A stretch of 32,000 nucleotides of DNA from Propionibacteriaceae bacterium (GCA_031256725.1 JAIRQE010000025.1:120001-152000), one strand, 5' to 3'. Counted from the first letter of the stretch, positions 20,250 to 28,959 are shown. Numbers and translations: made by a program. The notes: generated by a model from the sequence alone, not told the origin.

Positions 20250-21008
20250 CTAATGGGTGATATTGGGGGATTCCCCATTTCTTAAACCTAGGTACTGCAG
20301 GATGAGATCAGCAAGGGCGAGCCCCCAGCAGGCGATGAACACCCACCAGTTCATTCCAATGTCGACGTTGTAGATAGACAGGTTCACGATAAAGGATGTG
20401 ATCCACAAGCCAGCCAGAATCGCCAGGATGACATAGGCGACCTTTTTAAGTTGCTCGACCCGGAATCGTACCCTGGGAATCAGAAAGAAGGGAGCGACTC
20501 CCAAGGTGACCATAGGGATCAGTGTCTCCATGGTGGCTACCACGCCGACAACACCCAGGGTGAGGAGGAACGGAGGGTAGGCTGCATTCACCACATCGGA
20601 TAGAGCGACCTCGTGCCGTACCTGTTCAGGGCGGGCAGAATCCGATGGGGGAGCCCAGGTTGTTGGGGACGTGGGGGAAGAAGCGATTGTGAAGGGTTCT
20701 AAAGGGGAACGGTCTTCAGCGACAGGTGGGGCACTCAGCGAAATCAGATCCGCATCTGAGGAGGTCATGATGGCCGAATGGGTTGTGAAGGGGGCCTCGG
20801 GGTTGCGTACCATTGAGGTTGCAGGCTCGATGCTCTCCAAAGGTACCCCTGAGCTATCCATGTGAAAGTCGGTCGGAGCTTCGGGAGGAGCAGGAGGTAC
20901 ACGAGGGGGAACAGGGATCGCTTCCAGGCTCACAGACGGTGGAGGTTCGGCGAAACCACGAGGGCGCTGTGAAGGAGCATACCTCGGTCCGTCTTTCCAT
21001 GTGGCCAT
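20250..21008 (-). CDS. Hypothetical membrane protein (Pro-rich N-terminal half, 3-4 C-terminal TM helices)
   Basis: 252 aa. MATWKDGPRYAPSQRPRGFAEPPP.. is followed by a hydrophobic C-terminal half (PPFLLTLGVVGVVATMETLIPMVTLGVAPFFLIP ..). I recognise no family. Confidence 0.6.
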   Translation of the reverse strand: MATWKDGPRYAPSQRPRGFAEPPPSVSLEAIPVPPRVPPAPPEAPTDFHMDSSGVPLESIEPATSMVRNPEAPFTTHSAIMTSSDADLISLSAPPVAEDRSPLEPFTIASSPTSPTTWAPPSDSARPEQVRHEVALSDVVNAAYPPFLLTLGVVGVVATMETLIPMVTLGVAPFFLIPRVRFRVEQLKKVAYVILAILAGLWITSFIVNLSIYNVDIGMNWWVFIACWGLALADLILQYLGLRNGESPNITH

Positions 21009-21104
21009 AAAATCATTGTATCGCGAAGGCTAGGGTGCTGGCTAAGATGGAATTCTTGATCTGACAAGCGCTAAGCTAGTCAGGCATGGGAAAGAGGTGA
21101 GTGT

Positions 21105-21491
21105 ATGCCAACAGGCAAGGTACGTTTCTATGACCCTGAAAAGGGTTTTGGGTTCATCGTTAAGGATGAAGGTGGCGGTGACGTTTACGTTCGTGCATCG
21201 GTACTGCCCGTCGGCGTGGCCACCCTCAAACCCGGTCAGCGTGTTGAATTCGGTGTTGCAGATGGGCGTCGCGGTGAGCAGGCGCTGTCACTAACAGTGC
21301 TGGAAGCCCCGGAGTCCCTATCGAAGGCCCAGAGGAAGTCAACCGAACAGATGACGATAATCACTGAGGACCTCATCAAGCTCCTTGACTCCATTGGTAA
21401 CGGCTATCGCCGCGGGCGGTACCCTGATGCCAGGCTGGCAGAGAAGATGGCACATATGCTACGAGGCTTTGCCGCAGAGCTAGAATTGTAA
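21105..21491 (+). CDS. Cold-shock domain protein with a C-terminal extension
   Basis: MPTGKVRFYDPEKGFGFIVKDEGGGDVYVRASVL carries the RNP1/RNP2-type CSD motifs. The 128-aa long form is common in Actinobacteria. Confidence 0.85.
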   Translation: MPTGKVRFYDPEKGFGFIVKDEGGGDVYVRASVLPVGVATLKPGQRVEFGVADGRRGEQALSLTVLEAPESLSKAQRKSTEQMTIITEDLIKLLDSIGNGYRRGRYPDARLAEKMAHMLRGFAAELEL

Positions 21492-21493
21492 TC

Positions 21494-22261
21494 ATGACCG
21501 TGAAAGTTGATGCCGTCGCGGCCTCAGCCATTGATGAAGCCCTCATTGCTGCACTAGCTGAGGCTGGTCATGGCCATGTTGGCGACCACGTTGGGGTGTA
21601 CGCCGAAGCTGAACGCGTGGTGACCCATGTCTTCGATTGTCTACATCCAGGCTATCTCGGGTGGCATTGGGCAGTCACCGTATCCCGTGCTCCACGAGCC
21701 CGCACGGTCACAGTCAACGATGTTGTCCTCCTTCCGGGTGAGGGTGCTCTCCTTGCACCGAGATGGGTGCCCTGGTCGGAGAGGATCGCGCCTGGTGATG
21801 TTGGTCCCGGAATGATCATGGCCACACCCCCCGAGGATCCACGCCTCGTGCCAGGGTACACAGTGGGGGCGGAACCTCGTACCCCTGAAGAAGCGATCGA
21901 AATCCGTGCGGTTGTGCGTGAACTGGGCTTGGGGCGTACCCGTGTGTTGAGCAAAGAGGGACGAGACGAGGCCTGTCTTCGCTGGAACAAGGCTCACGGC
22001 CCGGATGCGTACGAGGCTCGCCAAGCCCCTGCGCCCTGCTCAAGTTGTGGGTACTTCATCCGTTTGAGAGGTGAGTTGGGGGCCGCCTTCGGAGCCTGTG
22101 CTAATGCCTACTCAAGCGCAGATGGGTGTCTTGTTTCCATTGACTACGGCTGTGGTGCGCATTCCGATGTTGTGGAGGAACGTCGCGGAGTCGAGTTGCC
22201 GCCCGTACTGTGGGATGACTCTGTCGATATGGAAAGAGACGGCATCTCACTGTTCGATTAA
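21494..22261 (+). CDS. DUF3027-family protein
   Basis: It starts 3 nt after the csp stop. The Cys-rich C-terminal block CSSCGYFIRLRGELGAAFGACANAYSSADGCLVSIDYGCGAHSD is characteristic. The csp-DUF3027 pairing is conserved in Actinobacteria. Confidence 0.75.
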   Translation: MTVKVDAVAASAIDEALIAALAEAGHGHVGDHVGVYAEAERVVTHVFDCLHPGYLGWHWAVTVSRAPRARTVTVNDVVLLPGEGALLAPRWVPWSERIAPGDVGPGMIMATPPEDPRLVPGYTVGAEPRTPEEAIEIRAVVRELGLGRTRVLSKEGRDEACLRWNKAHGPDAYEARQAPAPCSSCGYFIRLRGELGAAFGACANAYSSADGCLVSIDYGCGAHSDVVEERRGVELPPVLWDDSVDMERDGISLFD

Positions 22262-22531
22262 GGGCTCGCTTTGAGCCTGTTTGCGTACCCTGCGTAGACG
22301 ATGGATGGCTGTAAACGGTACAAGAATCAGGCCGATGGCTGTACCCGTGGCAAGAACATAGAGCCAACCACTATCAGGATAAGCCATGTAGCAGACGAGG
22401 GTTGAGGCAGCGAAGAGGCCAAGCCCCACAGCTGCGGCAGTCAAACCTGAGGCGTCCAGCGGTACCACGGGTGCCTGCTGAAGAAGGGGAGCCTTCTGTG
22501 GAACGGCAGGAGGCTGGGACGACTGATTCAC
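22247..22531 (-). CDS. Small two-TM membrane protein (DUF2530-like)
   Basis: 94 aa with two hydrophobic helices followed by a basic tail (HRLRRVRKQ). Its 3' end overlaps the 3' end of the DUF3027 gene by 15 nt. Confidence 0.5.
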   Translation of the reverse strand: MNQSSQPPAVPQKAPLLQQAPVVPLDASGLTAAAVGLGLFAASTLVCYMAYPDSGWLYVLATGTAIGLILVPFTAIHRLRRVRKQAQSEPLIEQ

Positions 22532-22789
22532 TCATCCAGATTACAGTGAAACGGGTTTGAGAGTGAAGCTGAACACAGCAGAAGGCATATTCCGTCACCA
22601 TTTCTCACGAACCGATGGGATCTGTGTACACCCTCTCATGGGTGAGTATTGCAGGGGATGGCCCAGGTTTATTCCAGGCAGTGAAAGATGAGACGAATGG
22701 GTGCTCGTGGACACTAGTCTGTGTGCATGGTACAGAAATCTCCACGCGCCGTTTCGACGGCTCCTTCTTCTTCATCCTCACCTCAGGGC

Positions 22790-24286
22790 ATGGATCGCTT
22801 CTTCAAGATCACCTCACGGGGTTCGACGCTCGCCCGCGAATTCCGTGGTGGCCTAGTCACCTTCTTCTCGATGGCGTACATCATCGCTTTGAACCCCATC
22901 ATCATCGGTACCACTGCCGACAAGAACGGTAACCTGATTTCTGGATTGCCGCTCTATGCCGAGTGGCCCCCGGTCTACGATGAAGCCGGGCAGATGATCA
23001 CCGAAACCCTGGGTGCAAATATCGGGATGACCATGACGATGGTTGCGGCAGCAACAGCTGTCATCGCAGGGGTTATGTCGCTTCTTATGGGTCTCATTGG
23101 GCGCTACCCGATTGCTATTGCTGCTGGTCTGGGTCTCAATGCCTTCGTCGCTTATGGCATCGCTCCGATGATGACCTGGGGTCAGGCCATGGGCCTGATC
23201 GTCTGGGAGGGCATCATCATCACAATCTTGGTCCTAACCAAGTTCCGTAAAGCGGTGATGAACGCCGTACCCCACTCCTTGCGTACCGCGATTTCTGTGG
23301 GCATCGGCCTGTTTATTGCATTGATTGGCCTTGTGGACGCTGGGTTTGTACGTCAGGGTTCCCAGATGGGTGAACTTGGCATCGGCGGTACGATCGCTGG
23401 CTGGCCGCTTTTGGTCTTCGTGATCGTACTCGTGGGTCTCGTCATCATGTGGGTACATCGGGTCAAAGGTGCGATGCTGATTGCCATTGTCGCTGGTACG
23501 ATCCTGGCCGTCATCGTTGAGGCAGTCGCCAAGGTTGGCGATTCCATGGCGAATCCATCCACTGGTTGGAGACTCAACGTACCTCAGCTCGCTGAAGGCG
23601 GGTCCTGGCTCCCCAATCTTGAACTGCTCAAGTTCTGGAACCACATCGATCTGATTGGCGCATTCAGCGCCGACTTCAAGGCATGGATTGTCGTCATCAT
23701 GCTCATCCTGGCACTGATGCTCGCCGACTTCTTCGATACCATGGGTACCATTGTGGCCATTGGTAAGACCGGCAACCTCCTTCAAAAAGATGGCAATCCG
23801 CCACGTACCCAGCAGATCCTTCTCGTGGACTCCCTGGCTGCCGTTGCTGGTGGTCTGTTCTCGACCTCATCCAACACCTCCTATATAGAATCCGCTTCGG
23901 GTGTATCCGATGGTGCACGTACAGGTTTGGCGAGCATTGTCACCGGGTTGACCTTCCTGGTTGCAGTGTTCATCACCCCGCTGGTGAACCTGGTACCTTC
24001 CGAGGCTGTTGCACCTGTACTCGTGGTTGTGGGCTTCCTCATGCTTCAGCAGGTTACCGATATTGATTGGAAGGATCTGGAGGTTGCGATCCCCGCATTC
24101 TTCATGATCACCATGATGCCCTTCACCTATTCGATCACGGTCGGCATGGGCTTGGGCTTCATCATCTACCTGATCATCAAACTGGTTCAAGGTAAGGCCT
24201 CAAAGACAAGTCCACTATTGTGGGTGATCGGGGTCATGTTCCTGATCTACTTCATGCAAGGTCTGATCCTGAACTGGCTCTCCTAG
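22790..24286 (+). CDS. NCS2/AzgA-family purine (adenine/guanine/hypoxanthine) permease
   Basis: MDRFFKITSRGSTLAREFRGGLVTFFSMAYIIALNP is the canonical N-terminus of this family. It also has ..SSNTSYIESASGV.. and roughly 12 TM helices. The ORF track starts at 22721, but ATG 22790 fits the homologs. Confidence 0.9.
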   Translation: MDRFFKITSRGSTLAREFRGGLVTFFSMAYIIALNPIIIGTTADKNGNLISGLPLYAEWPPVYDEAGQMITETLGANIGMTMTMVAAATAVIAGVMSLLMGLIGRYPIAIAAGLGLNAFVAYGIAPMMTWGQAMGLIVWEGIIITILVLTKFRKAVMNAVPHSLRTAISVGIGLFIALIGLVDAGFVRQGSQMGELGIGGTIAGWPLLVFVIVLVGLVIMWVHRVKGAMLIAIVAGTILAVIVEAVAKVGDSMANPSTGWRLNVPQLAEGGSWLPNLELLKFWNHIDLIGAFSADFKAWIVVIMLILALMLADFFDTMGTIVAIGKTGNLLQKDGNPPRTQQILLVDSLAAVAGGLFSTSSNTSYIESASGVSDGARTGLASIVTGLTFLVAVFITPLVNLVPSEAVAPVLVVVGFLMLQQVTDIDWKDLEVAIPAFFMITMMPFTYSITVGMGLGFIIYLIIKLVQGKASKTSPLLWVIGVMFLIYFMQGLILNWLS

Positions 24287-24289
24287 GGG

Positions 24290-24949
24290 TTAACGCGCAG
24301 TCCACCAGGCAATAAGGTCTGGTGGGGGGCTGCCCGTGGTACTCGCCTGGTCGGCATACTGCGGGTAAGCCTTCGCGAACTCCAACACCTGAGTCGCAAA
24401 CTCGACAGTGCCCTCCTCGAACTCGGGGAGGGCATTCGTCCATTCATCCACAAGTCTGAGTACTGTTGCGTGATCCATGAACCCAATTGTCATCGGATCG
24501 ATGGGCCGTAGCGGGATATCGATACTGTGGAGCCACAGGCGCCGAATGCTCAGCTGGGTCGAGACTCCCGCCCGTACCAAATCAAATTCCAATTCCTCTA
24601 ACTGTGACACAGGTAGGGGCAGAGAAATCTGGGCAAGTGCGAGGTGATCCAGCCAGGATCGCGCGAGTGTCCAACAGGCACTGAGACGGTCAGCAGCGAT
24701 GTACCGCGAGGTCATCATGGCTTCGGCATCCACATTATTGGGGATCCCTGGGCGGATAACAGGGGCATTCAGAGGGGTCCTCATAAGCGGTCCAAGGACG
24801 GACAGCAGCCCACCAACCCGCTTCTTGGGTACAGCAGGAGTCACGGTATTGGTGACCTCACGCAGGGTTTGCGCAAGCTCAGGCGGCGCGGCAAAGCACT
24901 TGCGGAAAAGATCAACATTGATCGCCCACAAGCGCAACTCTTTATCCAT
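24290..24949 (-). CDS. Hypothetical soluble protein
   Basis: 219-aa ORF with native-looking composition, transcribed divergently from the dtxR-like gene. I recognise no family. Confidence 0.5.
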   Translation of the reverse strand: MDKELRLWAINVDLFRKCFAAPPELAQTLREVTNTVTPAVPKKRVGGLLSVLGPLMRTPLNAPVIRPGIPNNVDAEAMMTSRYIAADRLSACWTLARSWLDHLALAQISLPLPVSQLEELEFDLVRAGVSTQLSIRRLWLHSIDIPLRPIDPMTIGFMDHATVLRLVDEWTNALPEFEEGTVEFATQVLEFAKAYPQYADQASTTGSPPPDLIAWWTAR

Positions 24950-25035
24950 GTCCTAACGTTATCGCAGACTGGATTGCGTGGGAACCCGCAGATATGTCTG
25001 GACTTCGGGTTATCCTTGAGGGCAGGAGGATGGAT

Positions 25036-25722
25036 ATGAGTTCGGTCATCGACACGACGGAAATGTACCTGAGAACGGTTTATGAGTTGTTGGAGGAGGG
25101 GGTCACACCCCTGCGCGCCCGCATCGCCGAGCGGATGCAGCACAGCGGTCCCACAGTTTCACAGACGGTCTCCAGGATGGAACGCGATGGACTCCTGACC
25201 GTGCATGAAGATCGTCGAATCCTTCTCTCCGAAAAAGGCGAAGAGGTTGCCGCGCGTGTGATGAGGCGTCATCGACTCGCTGAGCGACTCCTGGTTGATG
25301 TGATCGGCCTGAGTTGGGCCGAGGCCCATGATGAGGCTTGCAAATGGGAACACGTCATCGGTAACCGGGTCGAAACACAGTTGGTGGCCCTGTTGAAGGA
25401 CCCCGACGTCTCCGTCTACGGAACCCCAGTTCCGAGGGTAAACGAGCCGGTCAAGGATTCCATCACCCGTTTCCTTGAAGGTGCTGAGGTATTGTCGTCG
25501 ATCATTGAGCCTGAAGTTACTTCGAGGGTACGCCTAATCCGCATCGGCGAATTCCTCCAACGGGATACCGAAACTCTAGCGGTGTTGGATGACGCCGGTA
25601 TCCAGCCAGGTACAGACCTCCAAGCCACCTGTGACCCGACCTGCCTGACCCTATTAACCGCCACTCATGAGTGCTGTCTGGATGCCGATTGGGCTGACCA
25701 ATTGTTCGTTGCCCGACTGTGA
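25036..25722 (+). CDS. dtxR: DtxR/IdeR-family metal-dependent transcriptional repressor with a C-terminal SH3-like domain
   Basis: AGGAGG lies 6 nt before ATG 25036. MSSVIDTTEMYLRTVYELLEEGVTPLRARIAERM..GPTVSQTVSRMERDGLL; metal-site block RRHRLAERLLVDVIGLSWAEAHDEACKWEHV. The ORF track starts at 24994. Confidence 0.9.
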   Translation: MSSVIDTTEMYLRTVYELLEEGVTPLRARIAERMQHSGPTVSQTVSRMERDGLLTVHEDRRILLSEKGEEVAARVMRRHRLAERLLVDVIGLSWAEAHDEACKWEHVIGNRVETQLVALLKDPDVSVYGTPVPRVNEPVKDSITRFLEGAEVLSSIIEPEVTSRVRLIRIGEFLQRDTETLAVLDDAGIQPGTDLQATCDPTCLTLLTATHECCLDADWADQLFVARL

Positions 25723-25859
25723 ATTGCTGAAGAAACGGTTGGGTGCCCTGTGTACTCGAAGAAACGGTACCAAAGAATCACTTGTGTTAGAGGTACAACG
25801 TATTCTTGGCCTGGTTTATTCCCGATTTTCAAGAATTTCTTTTCCAGGTACAACAGTGG

Positions 25860-26222
25860 CTACCCAATGGGGCCGTGATGTGGAGGTACCTCGGCGGTAA
25901 GTCGCTCCTCCTCGGGTGTTAAAACCACCCGCTGACTAGGGGGGAGACGCTCTGCATCAAGACCCAACTCCGTACGTACCTTTCCAAGAATCGCGTACCA
26001 ACGTGCTGCCCCTATGGTGTGTAGACCGCCCGCTTCAAGAGGATGAGGCCAGGGTTCCTCCGCGTCCCAGCGCTGGGCAGCATGGGTACGAATGGCGTCA
26101 GCTGACCATCCGACCTCATCAAGGGCCACCAGAAAAGCTTCAACCGAGTCCACCCCTGGGGCAAGCGAGACCTCTTCCCCAGTGAGTACAAACGCAAGCA
26201 GTGCATAAAGACTGTCAGTCAT
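25860..26222 (-). CDS. Hypothetical protein
   Basis: 120-aa acidic ORF ending ..TPEEERLTAEVPPHHGPIG with native-like composition. Family not recognised. Confidence 0.45.
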   Translation of the reverse strand: MTDSLYALLAFVLTGEEVSLAPGVDSVEAFLVALDEVGWSADAIRTHAAQRWDAEEPWPHPLEAGGLHTIGAARWYAILGKVRTELGLDAERLPPSQRVVLTPEEERLTAEVPPHHGPIG

Positions 26223-26267
26223 ATTTCAACCTTGGCTAAATCTCCGGTATCGTAGGTACGCTACCAT

Positions 26268-26343
26268 GGCCCCGTAGCTCAGGGGATAGAGCGATGGTTT
26301 CCTAAACCATGCGTCGTAGGTTCGAATCCTATCGGGGCCGCCA
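26268..26343 (+). tRNA. tRNA-Arg (anticodon CCT), CCA encoded
   Basis: Manual cloverleaf: acceptor GGCCCCG/CGGGGCC, D arm GCTC-AGGGGATA-GAGC, anticodon arm ATGGT-TTCCTAA-ACCAT, T arm GTAGG-TTCGAAT-CCTAT, discriminator G, then CCA. Confidence 0.9.
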
Positions 26344-26591
26344 ATAATAATATCATATCGTTGTGTGTTCCTAGGTTGAGTAGATACCCAACTGGGCCAT
26401 TCTGGCGGAAGGTCTGCAAAAGGGGCACCAATGGCCCGGTTGTGTGCTTCCTTAAATCTAACTTGCTAGGGAGTTCATTAAAAAGGGCCCTGACTCTGGG
26501 GCTGCTGGATATGAAAACAGCAACAATGCTTTTCGGCTTAGTTTTTTTGCTCTTAACGCGACGGAGATGATCGAGTTAGACTCCACAGGCC

Positions 26592-27224
26592 ATGATCACC
26601 CTTGCCAACGAGGGTTTGGTGGTACGAGGGCGAGGTCAGGCTACGATTGTTGCTCCTCGCAGACAATTCCATCGTTTCGCTCATCGTGCTGCCGGGTTGA
26701 AGGCTCAGATGACATCAGTAGGCCTCACCGTCACAACTGAAGTGAGATCACTGTCACCCACCAAGAACTCGCCCCACATTGGGACACCTCTCCCGCCGCA
26801 GGAGTGGTGGCAGTGTGAACGTGTCCGCTTCATTGATGGAGTGCCTGCGGCGTTTATTCGAACCTGGCTTCCTGCGTCCTATGCGCAGACTCTCACTGTA
26901 GAGTCCCTGACCGATGCCTCCCTCCATGCCCTTCTGGAGGAGAGCCACGGATTGAGACCAGTTGGTGGCCAACGTCAGATCAGGGCTGTCCCCAGCGATG
27001 CGACTTTGGCCACCCTCTTGGGTATCTATCCCGGAGCGTCTCTCCTGCTCTTAGAAGGTACGACCCTCGACCAGCATGGTGAGGTCCTGGAGGTCTTTTC
27101 GACCTGGCATCGTGGCGACCTTATCGCCTTGGATCTGTCCTTCGATCAGGACCACCCGGAGCCCGCGGACGCCAGCCCTTTGGCCCTTGCGAAACGACTT
27201 GTGTCTGCCCTTGAGTTGTCGTGA
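26592..27224 (+). pseudogene. GntR/HutC-family regulator lacking its N-terminal wHTH (UTRA effector domain only)
   Basis: The ORF starts with only the last strand of the wHTH (..LANEGLVVRGRGQATIVAP) and continues with a UTRA-like domain. In-frame stops lie immediately upstream (TGA 26568-26570, TAG 26577-26579). A GntR-like N-terminal fragment (..WAILAEGLQKG....PG.VLP) is readable in another frame around 26390-26455. Confidence 0.55.
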
Positions 27225-27495
27225 CTCTTTCCAGATTCACTCCTTGTGGAAACTTCTGAAATTTTCTTGCCTTACAGGCTCAATTTCTGTTTATAAGAAT
27301 TTTCGTCTCTGCTGTCCCGTCATGGCAGAAGAGGTACTGCATAAGTTTTTTACATAGTAATGGTGGCACATATAGTGCTTGATTCTGCGTTCTGGTGGGC
27401 AAGGATCTAAGAGATACTATTTCTGATATGATAATCCATCAGGGCAATAACACCATCATTCAGACTCATGAAGTTTCGGTTCTGGGGGGGGCATG

Positions 27496-28101
27496 TCACT
27501 CTAGGGCTACGTTGGCGGCACCCATCGTGGTGGCGGAGGTGATCTTGGTGGCTATGGATTCGGGTACCTCAACAAGGATGACTTCGGCTGTACCAGATCC
27601 TGAGAAGAGTCCAGAGGAGTCGGGGGAAGGGATGGTTATCACTCGTACTCCTCGGGCCACGCTGACCTCGGCAGTGGCGTGGTCGGTGAGAAAGATGGAC
27701 ACCTTGTCTCCAGGTTTAATGACGGAAAGAATATGGGAGGAAACCTGAAGTGGGATGATCACATGCCCGGTTTTGGCCTGAGATGAGGCAACAAAATCCT
27801 CGGTCGTGAGAATAGCCCCAGCAGGGATCGCAGAGGAGGTCATCTGGTCGACAAGGGATGACACCGAGGTGATTGCTCCAACGGGTACCAAGGTCGTTGG
27901 AACAGCAGTAGCGCGCACCTGAGCTTCGGTAACTGTTGATCCTGGGGAGATCCTGGAGATCGCTGTGTAAACCTGGGTGGTGGGGCCACCATCACTGGTG
28001 ACGATTGAGCATACACTGAGTACGCACACCACAGCCGCCATGGTGGCCAGGATACGTCGATGAATGAGAACCCGTCGAAGGATGGTCGTAATCTTTGTCA
28101 T
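27496..28101 (-). CDS. SAF-domain (CpaB/RcpC-like) membrane-anchored protein
   Basis: N-terminal TM anchor (ILATMAAVVCVLSVCSIV), then a SAF-like beta segment (VYTAISRISPGSTVTEAQV) and a second beta domain. It lies immediately downstream of an FmdB-type zinc-ribbon gene, as in other Actinobacteria. Confidence 0.65.
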   Translation of the reverse strand: MTKITTILRRVLIHRRILATMAAVVCVLSVCSIVTSDGGPTTQVYTAISRISPGSTVTEAQVRATAVPTTLVPVGAITSVSSLVDQMTSSAIPAGAILTTEDFVASSQAKTGHVIIPLQVSSHILSVIKPGDKVSIFLTDHATAEVSVARGVRVITIPSPDSSGLFSGSGTAEVILVEVPESIATKITSATTMGAANVALE

Positions 28102-28119
28102 ACACAGACCATGGGTAAC

Positions 28120-28177
28120 AGTGGATAGGGATTGTCATCTATCCACAAGGGATATAGAGAAAAGAAAGTTATCCACA
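28120..28177. promoter_or_regulatory. Cluster of three DnaA-box-like 9-mers upstream of the SAF gene
   Basis: TTATCCACA (28169-28177, perfect), CTATCCACA (28139-28147, 8/9), and AGTGGATAG (28120-28128; reverse complement CTATCCACT, 7/9, inverted orientation). They lie 19-76 nt upstream of the SAF start codon. Confidence 0.35.
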
Positions 28178-28363
28178 GCCCAGCTGGACCCTGTGCAGGG
28201 TAAATACCACTGGTGTTGTTGGGTCCTGCACATCGAAGGACTACCATCTAGCCAGATTTGTGAAGTTGTACCTCGAAATTCACTTAGAAACAGGGGTACA
28301 AGTTCACAACTTTCGATGATGAGGTTTATAGCGGGGGAAGATTTGTAAAGTTATGACCGATGC

Positions 28364-28387
28364 CAAGTACTTAATCAAGTACTTAAT
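28364..28387. repeat. Tandem 12-nt repeat CAAGTACTTAAT x2 (each contains the palindrome AAGTACTT)
   Basis: Read directly. A third, degenerate copy CAAGTCACTTAAT is at 28496-28508. Confidence 0.9.
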
Positions 28388-28401
28388 AAAGTCGAAGCGT
28401 A

Positions 28402-28447
28402 AGTGGTGAGGGTACTGGTATCGAAGTGGTGAGGGTACTGGTATCGA
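28402..28447. repeat. Perfect tandem duplication of a 23-nt unit AGTGGTGAGGGTACTGGTATCGA
   Basis: Read directly: 28402-28424 equals 28425-28447. Confidence 0.9.
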
Positions 28448-28513
28448 ACCAGGGCTAGTGACGCAGAGAGTGACCCCCCCCTCTGCTTAGTGTGACAAGT
28501 CACTTAATGAAGT

Positions 28514-28948
28514 TTAGGCGGGCGAAGAAGACCCAGAAGTACTCGAACCCCCAGAACCTGTCCCAGAAGAACCAGCAGAGCCGGAAGCAGACCCCGTACC
28601 TCCAGAGGTATCAGAAGCTCCAGCCGCCGATGTACCAGAGCTAGAGGAGGAAGAACTTGAGGAGGTCGTAGTGGACGAACTCGAAGAACCAGAAGAACTC
28701 GAATCGGTGGAAGTCGACGAACTCGAATCGGAGGTCGCCGGTGTCGCAGGACGTGAGGTGGAACTCTTCGACTTCTTGGAATCGGTGGCGTAGAAACCGG
28801 AGCCCTTGAAAACGATGCCTACGGGGGAGAAGATCTTCTTGAGTAAGCCCGAGCATTCGGGGCACTCAGTGAGCGTGGGGTCAGCCATACGCTGAAAGAT
28901 TTCCAGATCGGCACCACAGGACGTGCAGTGGTACTCATAAATAGGCAT
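28514..28948 (-). CDS. FmdB-family CxxC-CxxC zinc-ribbon protein with a long Ser/Thr/Gly-rich disordered tail (M. tuberculosis Rv0991c/Ruc-like)
   Basis: GGAGGA RBS before ATG 28948. MPIYEYHCTSCGADLEIFQRMADPTLTECPECSGLLKKIFS..FKGSGFY is the FmdB signature. It is followed by roughly 95 aa of S/T/G low complexity. The ORF track starts at 28966. Confidence 0.85.
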   Translation of the reverse strand: MPIYEYHCTSCGADLEIFQRMADPTLTECPECSGLLKKIFSPVGIVFKGSGFYATDSKKSKSSTSRPATPATSDSSSSTSTDSSSSGSSSSSTTTSSSSSSSSSGTSAAGASDTSGGTGSASGSAGSSGTGSGGSSTSGSSSPA

Positions 28949-28959
28949 GGATCCTCCGT

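Noticed and set aside
22532-22789. Possible purine riboswitch upstream of the AzgA-type purine permease.
   Set aside because: I could not find the conserved guanine/adenine riboswitch junction sequences (UAUAAU..CGUGGAUAUGG..CUACCGGG..CCGUAAAU-like) on the relevant strand.
24950-25035. DtxR/IdeR operator (TTAGGTTAGCCTAACCTAA-like) in the divergent promoter region of the dtxR-like gene.
   Set aside because: Only a short palindrome TAACGTTA and a CTAAC fragment are present, with no 19-bp iron-box-like match.
25729-25854. Short direct repeats in the dtxR / hypothetical-gene convergent gap (GAAGAAACGGT x2 at 25729 and 25758; AGGTACAAC x2 at 25791 and 25846).
   Set aside because: They are 9-11 nt in two copies each, with no palindromic or positional logic relative to a promoter. 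They are plausibly chance or remnants and are too weak to call.
27395-27748. 117-aa plus-strand ORF overlapping the 3' end of the SAF gene.
   Set aside because: It is mostly antisense to a gene with a coherent domain structure, has a GTG start with no RBS, and its composition mirrors the opposite strand.
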